From NCBI GenBank assembly GCA_045535075.1, contig JAZSKX010000003.1:1-17651 (forward strand): 17,651 nt of DNA, in the 5' to 3' direction. Position numbers and translations under genes: made by a program. Positions within the stretch are counted from its first letter, which is position 1. Every line of letters starts with the position of its first letter. Source of the DNA: Candidatus Spyradenecus sp. GTDB taxonomy: Bacteria > Verrucomicrobiota > Verrucomicrobiia > Opitutales > UBA953. The notes below the pieces were generated by a model. It was given only the letters and a program-made list of their open reading frames with translations, ran no database searches and was not told the origin of the DNA. This document shows, piece by piece, positions 8,869-16,591 of the stretch.

Positions 8869-10008
8869 CTAATCGGCACGTTCGCCGACGAATTTTTCGA
8901 GCTGATCCGCGACCACGGCAGCGCGACGGTATTGCTGCGGATTTACTTTTTCCAAATCGATACGGCATGCGCCCCGATTTTTCATCAGCGTTGCAACGAA
9001 ATCCGCAAACTCCGCATTAAATTTCTCCTGAACAAACGGCGATGCCACCGAACGTCCGGCGTTCCATTCCTCGACGTGCGGCGCAAATCCGCAAATATCC
9101 GTACAAATCACCGGTAAGCGGGAAACAACCGCCTCAATCAACACCGATCCGCCGGCTTCTTCCCGCGCGGGATGCACGAGCAAATCCATTCCGCACATCA
9201 GCTCGGGCACATCTCCCCGCCCGCCCAGATAAAAAACGGAATTTCTGATTCCCGCGTCTGTAGCGGCAGCAAAAAAATCCTTCGGATCGGAAGCGCCGAT
9301 CATAAAAAATTTCACGCGTTGCCTTCGTTCTTCCGGCAAAGCCGCGATTGCCGCAATCGCGCGATCCGCACCCTTGCGTTTAAAATCCGAACCGACCAGC
9401 GCGACCGCAAAAGCATCTCCGATGTTGAGTTCCCGCCGAACGCGTTCCCGCACTTCCGAAACATTTTTCACGTTCCCGCAACGGGAATCGAAGCCGACGG
9501 GAAGCGGAATAAAGCGAGTTTCCTGCGTGTTATACCAACGGCGATATTCGTCCTTTTGCTTTTCCGTAAGGGACAAAATTCGTGTGGCGGATTTCGGAGA
9601 AAAAACGCTTTCCTCCATTCGAAGAAAAACACGATAACGCGGAATTATTTTGCGAAACGCCCAAATTATCCGCCTGTGCAGGCTTTCCGCCAGACAGACG
9701 TCTCCGGCGAAATAAAAATCCAAGCCTTTCATGCGGTTAAAACCCAACACGCAATCAAATTTCTGAGCGCGCACAATCCGCCTGAGCTGCCGCTCGAACG
9801 ATTTTGCATAAACGTGATTGGTCATCCCGCGCAACGGAATCGTGTGCCAACGAATGCCTTCTATGGGAGCTTGCGGCAGCTCCGAATTGCGTCCGCAAAA
9901 AAGCTCGACGGAATGCCCGCGGCGCGCACACTCGCACGCCACCCGCAAAAAGTCTTTTTGCAAGCCTCCATGCGGGAAATAGCGAAATATGCATATTGCG
10001 ATTCTCAT
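8869..10008 (-). CDS. waaG: GT4 glycosyltransferase, LPS core glucosyltransferase WaaG/RfaG-like
   Basis: YFPHGGLQKDF, GFNRMKGLDFYFAGDVC, VGSDFKRKG and HPAREEAGGSVLIEA...LPVICTDICG match, from memory, the E. coli WaaG motifs YFPFGGLQRDF, GFNKMPGLDVYYAADVC, VGSDFTRKG and HPAYQEAAGIVLLEA. Confidence 0.85.
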   Translation of the reverse strand: MRIAICIFRYFPHGGLQKDFLRVACECARRGHSVELFCGRNSELPQAPIEGIRWHTIPLRGMTNHVYAKSFERQLRRIVRAQKFDCVLGFNRMKGLDFYFAGDVCLAESLHRRIIWAFRKIIPRYRVFLRMEESVFSPKSATRILSLTEKQKDEYRRWYNTQETRFIPLPVGFDSRCGNVKNVSEVRERVRRELNIGDAFAVALVGSDFKRKGADRAIAAIAALPEERRQRVKFFMIGASDPKDFFAAATDAGIRNSVFYLGGRGDVPELMCGMDLLVHPAREEAGGSVLIEAVVSRLPVICTDICGFAPHVEEWNAGRSVASPFVQEKFNAEFADFVATLMKNRGACRIDLEKVNPQQYRRAAVVADQLEKFVGERAD

Positions 10009-10166
10009 TCCGAACAAGTAACAACGCTCTTTTCATTGTAGTTGCTACGCGTTCCCGCAAGCAACCTTAAAGGCGATTCCGAAAATTAAATTTATCCCGA
10101 AAACGGAATCGGCGGCAACGCGTTCCCGCACAAATCTCAATTTTTCCGCTTTCAAACTTCCGCCTT

Positions 10167-10201
10167 CTTTAGGCTTTAAGCTTTAAGCTACAAACTCTAA
10201 C
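10167..10201 (+). repeat. Degenerate heptamer tandem repeat just upstream of cvrA
   Basis: CTTTAGG CTTTAAG CTTTAAG CTACAAA CTCTAAC, ending 9 nt before ATG 10211. Confidence 0.4.
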
Positions 10202-10210
10202 ATTCCGCCC

Positions 10211-11713
10211 ATGACGTTTACTCCGGACAACTACCTGCTTCTCGGCTCGCTACTTTTGCTCGGAAGTATCTTCGCAGGAAAGGCGACTTACAAAATCGGT
10301 GCGCCGCTGTTACTTCTCTTTCTCGGAATCGGTTTGCTGTGCGGCGAAAAAATCACGTTCACAAACTCCTCGGCCCTGAGCCTGCTCGGCGAACTCGCGC
10401 TCGTGTTCATCCTTTTCTCCGGCGGGCTCGACACCAAATACGCCGACATCCGCCCCGTTGCCGCTCGCGGGAGCATTCTCGCAACATTCGGTGTTTTGCT
10501 CACGGCGCTTTTTCTCGGCGGATTCATCTACGGAATCTCGCAACTTGAATTCGTCCCGCTTCAATTCAGCTTTGCCGAATCGCTCTTGCTCGGTTCCATT
10601 GTTTCCTCAACCGACGCCGCTTCCGTTTTCTCGATTTTTCGTTCCAAAAATACAGCCCTAAAGCACAACCTTCGTCCGCTTTTGGAATTGGAATCCGGCT
10701 CGAACGATCCGATGGCATACGTCCTCACGGCAACGCTCGTCGCCTACGTCGCAAACACCGGATCCGGAGAAGAAACACAGTCGCTCTGGATTGTTTTTCC
10801 GGACGTTCTCATCAACCTCGGTATCGGCGCTGCCGCGGGAGCGCTCTTCGGAAAAATCCTCGTCCGCGTAATCAATCGCGTCAACCTCCTCGTTGAAGGG
10901 CTTTACCCCGTCATGATGATCGCTCTGATGGCGTTGACGTTTTCGGCGACGCAGACACTTCACGGGAACGGTTTTCTTGCCGTTTACATCGCGGGCATGA
11001 TCCTCGGCAACGCGAAATTCATCCACAAGAAGATGATTATTAAATTTTACGACGGGTTCGCGTGGCTGATGCAAATTCTGCTCTTTCTCATGCTCGGTCT
11101 TTTTGCCGACATGAAATCCATTCGCGATGTCGCATTCGGCGGAATTTTAATTTCGCTTTTCCTGATTTTCGTCGCGCGCCCGCTCGCCGTCGGAGCCTGC
11201 CTTGCGCCGTTTCGACCGAACCGAAGCGTATTCGTCTTTACTTCATGGGTCGGCTTACGCGGCGCCGTTCCCATTGTTTTCGCATTAATTCCGCTAACGA
11301 CACCGGGCTTTGATCCCGAAATCGCCACGCTCATTTTTAATACCGTATTTTTCATTTCGGTTTCTTCGCTGCTGATTCAGGGAACAACGTTTTTCGCTGC
11401 GGCAAACTACCTCAAGCTCACTTGTGAATCCGACGCTCCTTCCTGTTCGGCGTTTGACAAAGACCTCGAAGAAATCAACACCCGCCTTTCGGAAATTTAT
11501 CTCGAGTCGAAACATTACGGAGCCGGGAAAACCCTCGCGGAACTCGCGTTCCCGCGCGGCGTCCTCGTCGTTATGATTAAACGCGGGAACGATTTTCTCA
11601 CACCGATCGGCTCAACTCGACTGCACGCCGGCGACATCCTGCAACTTCAGGCAGATACGCCGGAAAATCTCGCCGCCGCCCGTAAACAACTGATACGCGA
11701 AAACGATGTTTAA
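10211..11713 (+). CDS. cvrA: K+/H+ antiporter NhaP2/CvrA (CPA1) with C-terminal RCK_C/TrkA-C domain
   Basis: Many hydrophobic helices, with motifs ILFSGGLDT, SSTDAASVFS, LELESGSNDPMA and WVGLRGAVPIV. C-terminal GKTLAEL.FP...MIKR...P.GST.LHAGD. Confidence 0.9.
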   Translation: MTFTPDNYLLLGSLLLLGSIFAGKATYKIGAPLLLLFLGIGLLCGEKITFTNSSALSLLGELALVFILFSGGLDTKYADIRPVAARGSILATFGVLLTALFLGGFIYGISQLEFVPLQFSFAESLLLGSIVSSTDAASVFSIFRSKNTALKHNLRPLLELESGSNDPMAYVLTATLVAYVANTGSGEETQSLWIVFPDVLINLGIGAAAGALFGKILVRVINRVNLLVEGLYPVMMIALMALTFSATQTLHGNGFLAVYIAGMILGNAKFIHKKMIIKFYDGFAWLMQILLFLMLGLFADMKSIRDVAFGGILISLFLIFVARPLAVGACLAPFRPNRSVFVFTSWVGLRGAVPIVFALIPLTTPGFDPEIATLIFNTVFFISVSSLLIQGTTFFAAANYLKLTCESDAPSCSAFDKDLEEINTRLSEIYLESKHYGAGKTLAELAFPRGVLVVMIKRGNDFLTPIGSTRLHAGDILQLQADTPENLAAARKQLIRENDV

Positions 11714-13388
11714 AAAAACACTTATCGCCCTGGCAACCTGCGCGGGAATTGCCGTCGTCGTTCTCGGAATCTCCGCCTGCGGAGAACGCAATCCGCCGGC
11801 AAAGCGGGCTTCGGAGAAATCCGTTTTGCTCATCAACAACGGAGGCGAACCCTCTGCGCTCGACCCGCAATTCGCGCAACCCGGCGTCATCGAAAACCGA
11901 ATCATGCTCGCGCTTTTCGAAGGGCTTGTCCGCTACGACCCGAAAACACTGGAGCCCGTTCCCGCAATCGCCGAATCCCAAAGCGTTTCCGACGACGGGC
12001 TTCGCTGGACATTTCACCTGAGAAAAGACGCCGCGTTTTCCGACGGAACGCCCGTTACCGCCGACGATTTTCTCTTCTCGTTTCGCCGTATCCTCTCGCC
12101 CAAGCTTGCATCGCCCTGCGCGTCTTTGTTTTTTGCACCCGTAAAAAACGCACGCGCATTCGCCTCGGGAACGATTACAGATTTCTCCCGAGTCGGATTT
12201 TCCGCGCCCGACGCACACACGCTCGTCGTCGAACTCGAAAACCCCTGCCCGTATTTTCTCTCGCTCGCCTGCCACTCAAGCTGGAGCGTCGTTCCCGCGC
12301 ACACGATTTTGCGATTCGGCGAAATCGATTCGCGCTCCACGCTTTGGACGCGCCCCGAAAATTTTGTCGGAAGCGGGCCGTTTCGCCTGAAATCCTGGCG
12401 CGTCGCTTATCGTATCGAAGTCGAAAAAAACCCGCATTATTGGGATGCCGCCAACGTCTCCCTTAGCGGCATTCGATTCGATGCCGTCGAAGATCAATTT
12501 GCCGAAGAAGCCGCATTCAACGACGGTCAATATCACATCACAAACACCGTCCCGCCCTCGCGCGTTCCCGTTTTACGCAAAAAAAACGCTCCGCAACTTC
12601 GCCTCGATCCCTATCTTTCGACCGCGTTTATCCGAATTAACTGTTCTAAAGCTCCGCTAAACGATCCGCGTGTCCGCCGCGCGCTTTCACTCGCGCTCGA
12701 CCGCACGGCGCTTGCGGAACAAGTCATGCGAGGCGGTGAAACTCCCGCGGAAACCCTCGTTCCCGCAGACGCGTACTCCGTTTTGTATTTAAATAAAAAC
12801 AACAAAAGCACTCCGCCCGGAGAAACGCGTTCCCGCGAAGACGCGCTCCGTGAAGCGCGTGCATTGCTAGCGGAAGCCGGTTTCCCCGACGGGAAAGGCT
12901 TTCCCGAGCTCACCTACCTTTACAATACCTCCGACGGTGCCCAGTTTTTTGCACAGGCGATTCAGGAAATGTGGCGAAAAAACCTCGGCATCCGCGTCGC
13001 CCTAAAAAATCAGGAATATAAGGTCTACCGCATCAGCCTCGCCCAAGGCGATTACGAACTCGCTCGCTCGGCGTGGAGCGGCGACTATCTTGACCCGACA
13101 ACATTTTTGGAGCTTTTCGTCTCCGGCGGTCATATTAACTGGACGAAGTGGAGCGACGATCGCTACGACGCACTTCTCGCCGATGCCGCACGGGAACGCA
13201 ACCCCGAAGCCCGGGCACAAAAACTGAAAGCCGCCGAAAAAATTTTACTCGATGCCGCGCCGATTATCCCGACGCTCCATTCCCGCAGCAAATTTCTCAT
13301 TCGTCCGGAAGTCCGAGGCTGGCATCCGAACCTTCTCGATATTCATCCCTACACGGGAATAGAACTTAAGGAAACCTCTATAAATTAG
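11706..13388 (+). CDS. oppA: Peptide ABC transporter substrate-binding lipoprotein (OppA, SBP family 5)
   Basis: Signal peptide with lipobox-like ISAC, plus EPSALDP, LFEGLVRYD, WTFHLRKDAAFSDGTPVTADDF, GSGPFRL, KNPHYWD, DPRVRRALSLALDR and WSGDYLDP.TFL. Confidence 0.88.
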   Translation: MFKKTLIALATCAGIAVVVLGISACGERNPPAKRASEKSVLLINNGGEPSALDPQFAQPGVIENRIMLALFEGLVRYDPKTLEPVPAIAESQSVSDDGLRWTFHLRKDAAFSDGTPVTADDFLFSFRRILSPKLASPCASLFFAPVKNARAFASGTITDFSRVGFSAPDAHTLVVELENPCPYFLSLACHSSWSVVPAHTILRFGEIDSRSTLWTRPENFVGSGPFRLKSWRVAYRIEVEKNPHYWDAANVSLSGIRFDAVEDQFAEEAAFNDGQYHITNTVPPSRVPVLRKKNAPQLRLDPYLSTAFIRINCSKAPLNDPRVRRALSLALDRTALAEQVMRGGETPAETLVPADAYSVLYLNKNNKSTPPGETRSREDALREARALLAEAGFPDGKGFPELTYLYNTSDGAQFFAQAIQEMWRKNLGIRVALKNQEYKVYRISLAQGDYELARSAWSGDYLDPTTFLELFVSGGHINWTKWSDDRYDALLADAARERNPEARAQKLKAAEKILLDAAPIIPTLHSRSKFLIRPEVRGWHPNLLDIHPYTGIELKETSIN

Positions 13389-13444
13389 AGTTTCTGATGA
13401 GCGAGGAGAGGAAAGAGATGATAGGTATTTGCACCTCGCTTTGC

Positions 13445-13470
13445 GAAAAAGGTTTTCGAGAGCCTTTTTC
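13445..13470. terminator. Probable bidirectional terminator between convergent oppA and prmA
   Basis: GAAAAAGGTTT-TCGA-GAGCCTTTTTC hairpin with G-U pairs and flanking A5/T5 tracts. It is adjacent to a second hairpin TTCCCGC-CT-GCGGGAA (13468-13483). Confidence 0.6.
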
Positions 13471-13512
13471 CCGCCTGCGGGAACGCATTTACCCTGAGTA
13501 CTCTTCTCTCTT

Positions 13513-14394
13513 TTATTCGCGAAACAGCGCAACGTCGGACCATTCGCCCATAACGCGCCCGTCCACGCGAACTTTGCCCCAGGCTTTTTGCGCTTTTTTC
13601 TCAAAAATCTCCATGACCGATTTTTGCTCGCTCGCGAGAATCCCGCTCAACGCGAGTACGCCGCCTTCCCTGACGGAGGCGACAAGATTATCCGCATAAA
13701 TGCAAAGCACGTCGCTGATAATATTCGCCAACACAACATCGCGCGCTCCCGCCGAGCGCAAACCGCTTTCCAAACCTTCGTGAACAAAGGCGACGGCGGA
13801 TTCCGGCAAATTGTTCTTCCCGCGGTTTTCGGCGGAGACTTCAACGGCTTCGGGATCGCGGTCAAATCCGTAAACATTTTTTGCGCCGAGCTGAGCCGCC
13901 GAAATCGCAAGAATTCCGGAGCCGCAACCGGCATCCGTCACGGAAACTTCTGCGGGAACGTGCGCGTCAAGAAACTCAACCAAGCGCATTCCGCAAAGGC
14001 GCGTCGTCGGGTGATCGCCCGTTCCGAAGGCCAGACCCGCGTCGAAATAAACAACGGCATCGCCCGCGGGAACGGCGTATTCCGCGCGGCGCCATTCCGG
14101 CACCCAATGCAGGCGGCCGAAACTCCACGGATGCAAATTCGCCTTGTAGGCTTCTTTCCAATCACGATCTTCAAGCGTTCCGACTTGCGGCTTTTCGGGA
14201 AGCATTTTAAACGATTTGCGCAAATCCGCCCACGCGTCGAATGCCTCGGACTCGCTGTCGAAATAACCCATCAGCACGTGCGGAGCTCCGACTTTTTCAT
14301 GAAAAATCAGCCACGGCGAACGCACCAATTCGCAGAAAAAATCCTCAAGCGGTTGCGCCAAGGACGAATCAATTTCACAACGTGTTTCGATCAT
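13513..14394 (-). CDS. prmA: Ribosomal protein L11 methyltransferase
   Basis: DWKEAYK, AGLAFGTGDHPTT, SAM motif DAGCGSGILAI, ANI, LSGIL and a C-terminal GEW. Confidence 0.93.
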   Translation of the reverse strand: MIETRCEIDSSLAQPLEDFFCELVRSPWLIFHEKVGAPHVLMGYFDSESEAFDAWADLRKSFKMLPEKPQVGTLEDRDWKEAYKANLHPWSFGRLHWVPEWRRAEYAVPAGDAVVYFDAGLAFGTGDHPTTRLCGMRLVEFLDAHVPAEVSVTDAGCGSGILAISAAQLGAKNVYGFDRDPEAVEVSAENRGKNNLPESAVAFVHEGLESGLRSAGARDVVLANIISDVLCIYADNLVASVREGGVLALSGILASEQKSVMEIFEKKAQKAWGKVRVDGRVMGEWSDVALFRE

Positions 14395-14420
14395 TTTTCT
14401 AAGATGTAATTAAGGTTTAA

Positions 14421-14999
14421 TTATGCTTCGCCGAGAGAAATGCGCCGAATGACATCGGGAAGAATCTTGTGTTCCGCCGCATGAATTTTTTGTTCAAAGC
14501 TTTCCTGCGTATCCGTCTTTTCGCGACGGACAACCGCTTGATCGATAATCGCCCCGCCGTCCACCGCAGAATTAACGTAATGAACCGTGCATCCGCTGAC
14601 TGCGACGCCGTAGCGCCACGCCTGCCCGATGCCGTCAAGCCCCGGGAACGACGGCAACAGCGACGGATGCAAATTGATGATGCGATTCGGGAACGCATCG
14701 AGTAGCGGCGCTTTCAACACGCGCATAAAGCCAGCAAGCACAATCCAGTCCGCTCCCGCAGCTTTAACGGCTTCGGCGTAAGCGGCTTCGCACTCGGGCG
14801 AGAATTTGGTTTTGAACGGGCCCGGATTCAAGTAGCTCGCGGGAACGCCGTAAGTTTCGCCGTGCGAAAGAATCTTCGCGCCGGGGATATCGCAAAAAAT
14901 CGCAACAGGCTCAGCCTTGCCGAGCGTTCCCGCGCGATATGCCTTAAGAATTGCTTCTGCGTTAGTTCCTGTTCCCGAGCCGAGGATTGCAAATTTCAT
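14421..14999 (-). CDS. purN: Phosphoribosylglycinamide formyltransferase
   Basis: LGSGTGTN, VLAGFMRVL, NLHPSLLPSFPG, GCTVHYV...DGGAII.Q and EHKILP. ATG at 14999. Confidence 0.95.
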   Translation of the reverse strand: MKFAILGSGTGTNAEAILKAYRAGTLGKAEPVAIFCDIPGAKILSHGETYGVPASYLNPGPFKTKFSPECEAAYAEAVKAAGADWIVLAGFMRVLKAPLLDAFPNRIINLHPSLLPSFPGLDGIGQAWRYGVAVSGCTVHYVNSAVDGGAIIDQAVVRREKTDTQESFEQKIHAAEHKILPDVIRRISLGEA

Positions 15000-15116
15000 A
15001 CCGAAAAAACTACTCCCGTTCCCGCTCAAATGCGAGAGAGAATTATTTCGCAACGTTTTCGGACTTTAAGCTCAAAAACGAAAAATGCCGCGAAAGAGTT
15101 CCCGCACAACGACGCT

Positions 15117-15923
15117 TTATTTACGCTCCGATTTCAGCGCCTCAACTTCCTCGCGCAAGCGGCGGACTTCTTCGAGGATCTGACGATTCAACGCCATGTT
15201 TTCTTTCCCGAATTCATCTTCCTGAGGCTCCTGCTTCGGCTGGGATTCCGCAACCGCCGTACACATCACCCCGATGAACAAATTCAAAACCGTGTACGTC
15301 GCAATTACGATAAACGGAACAAACATCAGCCACGCATACGGGAACTCCTCCATCACGGGACGCACAATCCCCATCGACCAGCTCTCCAAAGTCATAATTT
15401 GGAACAAACTGTACATCGACTTCCCGATGCTTCCGAACCAATCCGGAAACGCCGCTCCGAAAAGATTCGTCGCAATCACACTGCAAATATAAAAGAAAAT
15501 CGCCAATAAAAGACTGATCCACCCGATGCTCGGAACCGACTTAAAAAGCGACTCGGTAATTACCTTTAAGCGCGGGATGCGGGAAAACAAACGCGCCACA
15601 CGCAAAACGCGCAACGAGCGCAGCGCCGAAAACGCGCCGTTCCCGGGGACCAGGGCAATCGCCACCACCAGAAAATCGAAAACATTCCAACCCGATTTGA
15701 AAAAACGAGGACCGTCCGCAATCAGTTTTAAAACAATCTCAATCGTAAAAATCGTGATAAACGCAATATCCACGATGCGGCTAATATGCCCGACCGCCGC
15801 CGTCCACGCCGGACTCGTATCCAAGCCCAACTGAATCGCATTCACGATAATACAAAAGAGAATGAAATTCTGAACAAATTTGGAATAAACAAATTTCCCG
15901 CAAAAAAAAGAGAGCGTTTTCAT
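15117..15923 (-). CDS. Voltage-gated sodium channel-like ion transporter (BacNav, 6TM)
   Basis: S2 FTIEI, S3 WNVFDF, S4 RSLRVLRVARL, selectivity filter TLESWSM (15372-15392), S6 LNLFIGV and a C-terminal coiled coil (ILEEVRRLREEVEAL). Confidence 0.92.
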   Translation of the reverse strand: MKTLSFFCGKFVYSKFVQNFILFCIIVNAIQLGLDTSPAWTAAVGHISRIVDIAFITIFTIEIVLKLIADGPRFFKSGWNVFDFLVVAIALVPGNGAFSALRSLRVLRVARLFSRIPRLKVITESLFKSVPSIGWISLLLAIFFYICSVIATNLFGAAFPDWFGSIGKSMYSLFQIMTLESWSMGIVRPVMEEFPYAWLMFVPFIVIATYTVLNLFIGVMCTAVAESQPKQEPQEDEFGKENMALNRQILEEVRRLREEVEALKSERK

Positions 15924-15984
15924 AAATTAAATAAAACCGCATTTAACACCAATGCAGGGGTATAAACGAATACGAATTTTCAAC

Positions 15985-16010
15985 AAGAGGAACACAGCGC
16001 TATTCCTCTT
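15985..16010 (-). terminator. Possible hairpin/terminator downstream of the zinc-ribbon gene
   Basis: Minus-strand AAGAGGAAUA-GCGCUG-UGUUCCUCUU stem; the U-tail is weak. Confidence 0.35.
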
Positions 16011-16055
16011 CTACTCGTGCCCCTTCGTTATTTGACATTAGCGTTAGAAACGACT

Positions 16056-16577
16056 TTAAACTGCACAGAGAATCGACAGAGCAAAAAGTACGCACCAAAC
16101 AATCGTGTAGGCAGGACCGTCCTGAAGAAGCTTTGCCCGCTTATAGAGATAAACCGGAATAATGGCTGTTGCCCAACCGAAATCGGACATATTGAGCTTC
16201 TGTTTCCCCAAATTACTCTCGTCTATATAGCAAAGAACAATATTCAAGATAAGACAACCGCCGCCGAGCCCGATGATAATATCCAGAGTCAGCGGAACAA
16301 TCGCAATCGCCCAAGCGAAAATCATGTTTTTCCGAACGTCTTCGGGAGATAAATCCTCCACGGCGACAAAATCTTCTACAGTTTCGCCTTCCGGAGTCTC
16401 CGCGTTATCCTCGACTTCCGGCGGCGCCGCAAGATCAAGAGATTCCTGCGGGAACGGCTCCTTTAATTTCGCTTCTTCTCCCGCAGAAGCGTTTCCCGTT
16501 TCCCCAACAGCGTTCCCGCAGCTCGGGCAAAAATTTGACGTTTCGGGAAGCTCTTTCCCGCAATGAATGCAAAACAT
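16056..16577 (-). CDS. Zinc-ribbon domain membrane protein
   Basis: N-terminal MFCIHCGKEL...NFCPSCG, an acidic linker and C-terminal hydrophobic segments with IIPVYLYKRA. ATG 16577 is preceded by GGAAAGGA. Confidence 0.78.
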   Translation of the reverse strand: MFCIHCGKELPETSNFCPSCGNAVGETGNASAGEEAKLKEPFPQESLDLAAPPEVEDNAETPEGETVEDFVAVEDLSPEDVRKNMIFAWAIAIVPLTLDIIIGLGGGCLILNIVLCYIDESNLGKQKLNMSDFGWATAIIPVYLYKRAKLLQDGPAYTIVWCVLFALSILCAV

Positions 16578-16591
16578 TGAATCCTTTCCGA

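Larger units (their letters stand above)
54..16519. repeat. Dispersed over-represented motif (C)GTTCCCGC / GCGGGAAC(G), 42 copies; candidate DNA-uptake-like sequence
   Basis: GTTCCCGC starts at 54,144,1593,2009,2565,3257,3456,3913,4250,5191,5942,7029,7423,9429,9444,9472,10051,10122,11548,11958,12291,12759,12829,14926,15018,15098,16512. GCGGGAAC starts at 656,1377,2669,3056,3462,4574,5171,5864,8427,11583,13477,13952,14066,14839,16448. Manual count. Confidence 0.93.

Noticed and set aside
9429..9479. Three motif copies within 51 bp as a possible mini-array
   Set aside because: Spacing is irregular (15 and 28 nt) and the copies lie within the intact waaG frame, so they are treated as local clustering of the dispersed motif.
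13397..13699. 100-aa plus-strand ORF after oppA
   Set aside because: It runs through the terminator hairpins and overlaps prmA antisense, with no recognisable features.
54..16519. GTTCCCGC resembles the start of type I-E CRISPR repeats (GTTCCCCGC) and Neisseria dRS3/REP cores (ATTCCCGC)
   Set aside because: It has only three Cs, no ~29-bp conserved repeat, no regular spacer periodicity and no cas or transposase genes. Most copies lie in-frame inside intact genes with unrelated flanks.
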